Positions 60,818 to 64,000 of a stretch of DNA of 64,000 nucleotides are shown piece by piece. The position numbers were made by a program, and so were the translations under genes. Below the pieces are notes generated by a model, which was not told the DNA's origin, did no database searches, and saw nothing but the letters and a program-made list of their open reading frames with translations. The DNA comes from Clostridiales bacterium. GTDB lineage: Bacteria > Bacillota > Clostridia > TANB77 > SIG350. Numbering within the stretch: position 1 is the stretch's first letter; each line of letters starts with the position of its first letter. The stretch lies in the NCBI GenBank assembly GCA_015056545.1, contig SVGE01000001.1, forward strand, positions 93,906 to 157,905, written 5' to 3'.

Positions 60818-62860
60818 TTAAAGTTCTAATTTAGTTTCATATTTTTGTTTTAATTGCTGTTTAAATAAAATATTTTCACCTTTTTCAAGATTATTGTCTT
60901 GATTTAAAATATCTATAGCAATAACTTGTACTATTTTTAAAATATCCATATCTGTAAATAAGTTAGCTATTTTAAAATCTGGAAGTCCATGTTGTTTTGT
61001 TCCAAAAAAATCTCCTGGACCTCTAAGCTCTAAATCTTTTTCGGAAAGAACAAATCCATCATTAGTTTTTTCCATTGCTGACATACGCTGTTTAACTACA
61101 TTAGAGTGTGATTCATATTTTAATATACAATATGATTTATCTCTACCTCTACCAACTCTACCTCTAAGCTGATGAAGCTGTGCTAAACCAAATCTTTCAG
61201 CATTTTCAATTACCATTAATGTTGCATTTGGAACATTAACACCTACTTCAATTACTGTTGTAGATATTAAAACATCAATTTCCCCATTTTTAAATTCATC
61301 CATTATTCTAGTTTTATCTTTGTTTTTCATTTTCCCATGTAAACATTCAACTCTGCATCCTATTAAATGAGCCTGATAATATTCCTTCATTTCTTCAACA
61401 GATTTAGCCTCAATATTTTCAGATTCTTCAACTAAAGGACATACAATATATGCCTGTTTACCATCTTTAACATTTTTAATAATAAAGTTATTAAGTCTTT
61501 CTTGTTTATCTTTTTGAATTGCAAATGTATCTATTTTTTGTCTACCTGGTGGAAGTTCATCAATTATTGAAATATCTAAATCACCATACAAAATTAATGC
61601 TAATGTTCTCGGAATAGGTGTTGCTGTCATAATAAGGATATCTGCATTTTTACTTTTGTCAGATAGTCTGCTACGTTGTCTTACTCCAAATCTGTGTTGT
61701 TCATCTGTAATTACTAATCCTAAATTTTTAAATATTACATTATCTTCTATAACAGCATGTGTTCCAATTAAAACATCAATTTCACCATTTGCTAATCTTT
61801 CACATATCTTTTCTTTTTGCTTTTTAGTTGTAGACCCAACAAGCAATTCACAAGTTAACCCTATTTTAGAATAAATCTCACGTATTGTTTCATAATGCTG
61901 AGTAGCAAGTATTGAAGTTGGTGCCATTATAGCTGCTTGATATCCGCTTCTTACCGCTTTATACATAGCAATAGCTGCAACAATAGTTTTACCAGAGCCA
62001 ACATCACCTTGCATAAGTCTATTCATACATTTATTACTTTCCATATCTGAAAAGATTTCTTCTAATACTCTTTTTTGAGCATTTGTTAAACTAAAAGAAA
62101 GCACTGATATAATTTCATCAGTAGAAACTTTATTAAATTCAATTCCTTTTTTATCTTCATCATAACCTTTCTTTAAACTTAATAACATAAGTTGCATTAA
62201 AAGTAGTTCTTCAAAAACCAATCTTACTCTAGCTTTTTTAAAATGTTCTTTACTTAATGGAAAATGTATATTGTTTATTGCCTCATTTATTCCCATTAAG
62301 TTATATTTTGCTATAATATTAGCTGGAAGTGTTTCTTCCATTTTGTTATCTATTAATTTTAAAGCAATACTAATCTCTTTTCTAAGTGTTGTTTGATTAA
62401 TGTTTTCAGTTAAAGGATATATTGGAACTATTTTTCCAGTTCTATTATTTTGATCAATTTTTTCATATTCAGGTTGAACTAATTCAACTTTTCCATATTT
62501 AACAGAAACTTTTCCAAAGAAAATATATTCTTCACCTTTATTAAAATATCCTTTTACATATTTATTATTAAACCATGTACACATTATTGTACCAGTATCA
62601 TCTTTAACCATTAATTTAAATATGCTTAATCCTCTTCTAATACGTGATTCAGTTACATTAGATATTGGGATAAGTTTTAAACATACAACTTCTCCATCAA
62701 TTAATTCATTTATTTTCTTAAACTTACTTCTATCTTCATAATCTCTTGGAAAATATGTAATTAAATCATAAACTGTATTAATACCTAATTTATTTAATAC
62801 TATCTTTCTATTAGGACCAACACCTTTTAGATATTGTATATCATTTCGTAGAATATCCAT
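60818..62860 (-). CDS. recG: ATP-dependent DNA helicase RecG
   Basis: Wedge domain, GDVGSGKT, DEQHRFG and QLRGRVGRG motifs. Confidence 0.9.
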   Translation of the reverse strand: MDILRNDIQYLKGVGPNRKIVLNKLGINTVYDLITYFPRDYEDRSKFKKINELIDGEVVCLKLIPISNVTESRIRRGLSIFKLMVKDDTGTIMCTWFNNKYVKGYFNKGEEYIFFGKVSVKYGKVELVQPEYEKIDQNNRTGKIVPIYPLTENINQTTLRKEISIALKLIDNKMEETLPANIIAKYNLMGINEAINNIHFPLSKEHFKKARVRLVFEELLLMQLMLLSLKKGYDEDKKGIEFNKVSTDEIISVLSFSLTNAQKRVLEEIFSDMESNKCMNRLMQGDVGSGKTIVAAIAMYKAVRSGYQAAIMAPTSILATQHYETIREIYSKIGLTCELLVGSTTKKQKEKICERLANGEIDVLIGTHAVIEDNVIFKNLGLVITDEQHRFGVRQRSRLSDKSKNADILIMTATPIPRTLALILYGDLDISIIDELPPGRQKIDTFAIQKDKQERLNNFIIKNVKDGKQAYIVCPLVEESENIEAKSVEEMKEYYQAHLIGCRVECLHGKMKNKDKTRIMDEFKNGEIDVLISTTVIEVGVNVPNATLMVIENAERFGLAQLHQLRGRVGRGRDKSYCILKYESHSNVVKQRMSAMEKTNDGFVLSEKDLELRGPGDFFGTKQHGLPDFKIANLFTDMDILKIVQVIAIDILNQDNNLEKGENILFKQQLKQKYETKLEL

Positions 62861-62869
62861 TAAACCTCC

Positions 62870-63556
62870 TTAAATTTCTATTCCATTTCTAACATAAATA
62901 CTACTTTCATCAATATATATTTCATCAAATTCAATATTTTCATCAATTATATCATTTACTTTAATTATTTCAAAATAATTACCATTTTTTATTTTTCTAT
63001 TTGTATTAATATATTTTACTTCAATAGATAACATATTATCTAATTCGTTTTTTAATCTAGTACATAAAGGATTAGTATTATATCCATCTTTTTTTTCTAA
63101 ACTTGTATGATATGCTCCCATAAAGCATATACATTCAGTATTTTTAAAATATTTATTAAAATTATTATATAAATATTCTTCTCTTGCTATTTCGTAAGAT
63201 ATATCGTCATAATCTTTTATTGTTTCAGCATATTCAATATTTCTTTGTATATTATATATATCTTCCTTATTATCTGTATATTTTAATATTTTCTCTGCAA
63301 TATGTCTTTGATGCTCTATATCTATACCAATTACCTTTACTTTGTTACCAGATTCAACACACTCTTTTAAATTTAATATATATTCTTTTAAATATTTTGT
63401 ATAAAATACTGTATTTTTAAAATCTTCTATAAATTCATCTATATTATATATTTCATTTCCATGTATATATTCATTTATATATATTCCTGCTGAATATCCA
63501 AGTTCTAAACCTATATTTAGCTGTACTTCCTTATTGAAATCTTGCACATATTTCAT
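62870..63556 (-). CDS. Hypothetical protein
   Basis: 228 aa matching no family I recognise. Confidence 0.3.
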   Translation of the reverse strand: MKYVQDFNKEVQLNIGLELGYSAGIYINEYIHGNEIYNIDEFIEDFKNTVFYTKYLKEYILNLKECVESGNKVKVIGIDIEHQRHIAEKILKYTDNKEDIYNIQRNIEYAETIKDYDDISYEIAREEYLYNNFNKYFKNTECICFMGAYHTSLEKKDGYNTNPLCTRLKNELDNMLSIEVKYINTNRKIKNGNYFEIIKVNDIIDENIEFDEIYIDESSIYVRNGIEI

Positions 63557-63726
63557 ATATTCAAAATATATATCAAAATTTTGCTTTATACCATGTTTTT
63601 CCCCTATAAATATATGTGTATATTTTTTATCTCCGAATTATCATATTATCACCATATATATTATATATGTATGTATACAAAAAATCAAACCTTAATATAT
63701 ATAAGATTTGATTTTTTATCATTTAA

Positions 63727-63996
63727 TTATATTTTATTTAAGTAGTTGCTCCTACTATAATACATATGTACTATATATACTGTATTATTATGTTCTGATA
63801 TTGTATATATTATTACATAATTATTTATCATAATTCTTCTAAATTCCATAGTTAATTCTTTATATTGTTTTATTATCATATACATTTTATTATATTCTTT
63901 TAAACCTTGTATAATAGTATCTATTTTTTTCATTAATAATTTTGCTGAAATTGGTGCATATAATACTATTGATATATATTCATTTATACGATTCAT
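63727..63996 (-). CDS. RelE/ParE-family type II toxin
   Basis: 89 aa with the ...NYVIIYTISEHNNTVYIVHMYYSRSNY C-terminal signature. The cognate antitoxin would lie just beyond the window edge. Confidence 0.55.
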   Translation of the reverse strand: MNRINEYISIVLYAPISAKLLMKKIDTIIQGLKEYNKMYMIIKQYKELTMEFRRIMINNYVIIYTISEHNNTVYIVHMYYSRSNYLNKI

Positions 63997-64000
63997 TTCT

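Overview
The window is a very AT-rich (about 25 to 30 percent GC) chromosomal segment from a Clostridia-like, spore-forming Firmicute. Almost all genes are on the minus strand.

The core content is housekeeping:
- a prmC / DUF1385 run at the left edge;
- the frr-uppS-uppS2-cdsA-rseP envelope cluster;
- scpB, a GDPD phosphodiesterase, spoIIP and pgi;
- rny, mtaB and rnr;
- the lspA-rluD pair;
- mfd;
- a glycolytic block (fba, gap, pgk, tpiA, gpmI, eno) that has several genes inserted into it;
- a tRNA-Gln(CUG);
- trmFO and recG.

Several accessory or unusual loci are embedded among these.

1. Type III toxin-antitoxin locus. This is the clearest novel-system candidate. It has 3.3 tandem 38-nt RNA repeats, then a terminator hairpin, then a ToxN/AbiQ-like toxin gene. 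Its promoter sits upstream of the repeats.

2. Five-gene operon of small coiled-coil proteins (19003-20602). The genes overlap, three of them are paralogous, and they use more G/C-ending codons than the host. A strong promoter drives the operon. It sits between frr and rny, where pyrH would normally be expected.

3. Two paralogous intergenic modules (about 37.8 kb and about 57.8 kb). Each encodes a 26-28 aa hydrophobic, KK-terminated peptide. Each is faced by a convergent TTGACA-17-TAAAAT promoter. The arrangement is consistent with duplicated type I toxin / antisense-RNA loci.

4. Two paralogous proteins built from about 28-aa helical repeats. They share an identical promoter and flank a 76-aa winged-helix-like protein.

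5. A BspA-type LRR protein and a second small protein, both with prepilin-like N-termini.

6. A 10-bp poly-C tract in a divergent promoter region.

7. A GGGtGRT / NifU-like gene pair.

8. A RelE/ParE-like toxin at the right edge.

No CRISPR array, transposase or rRNA was found.
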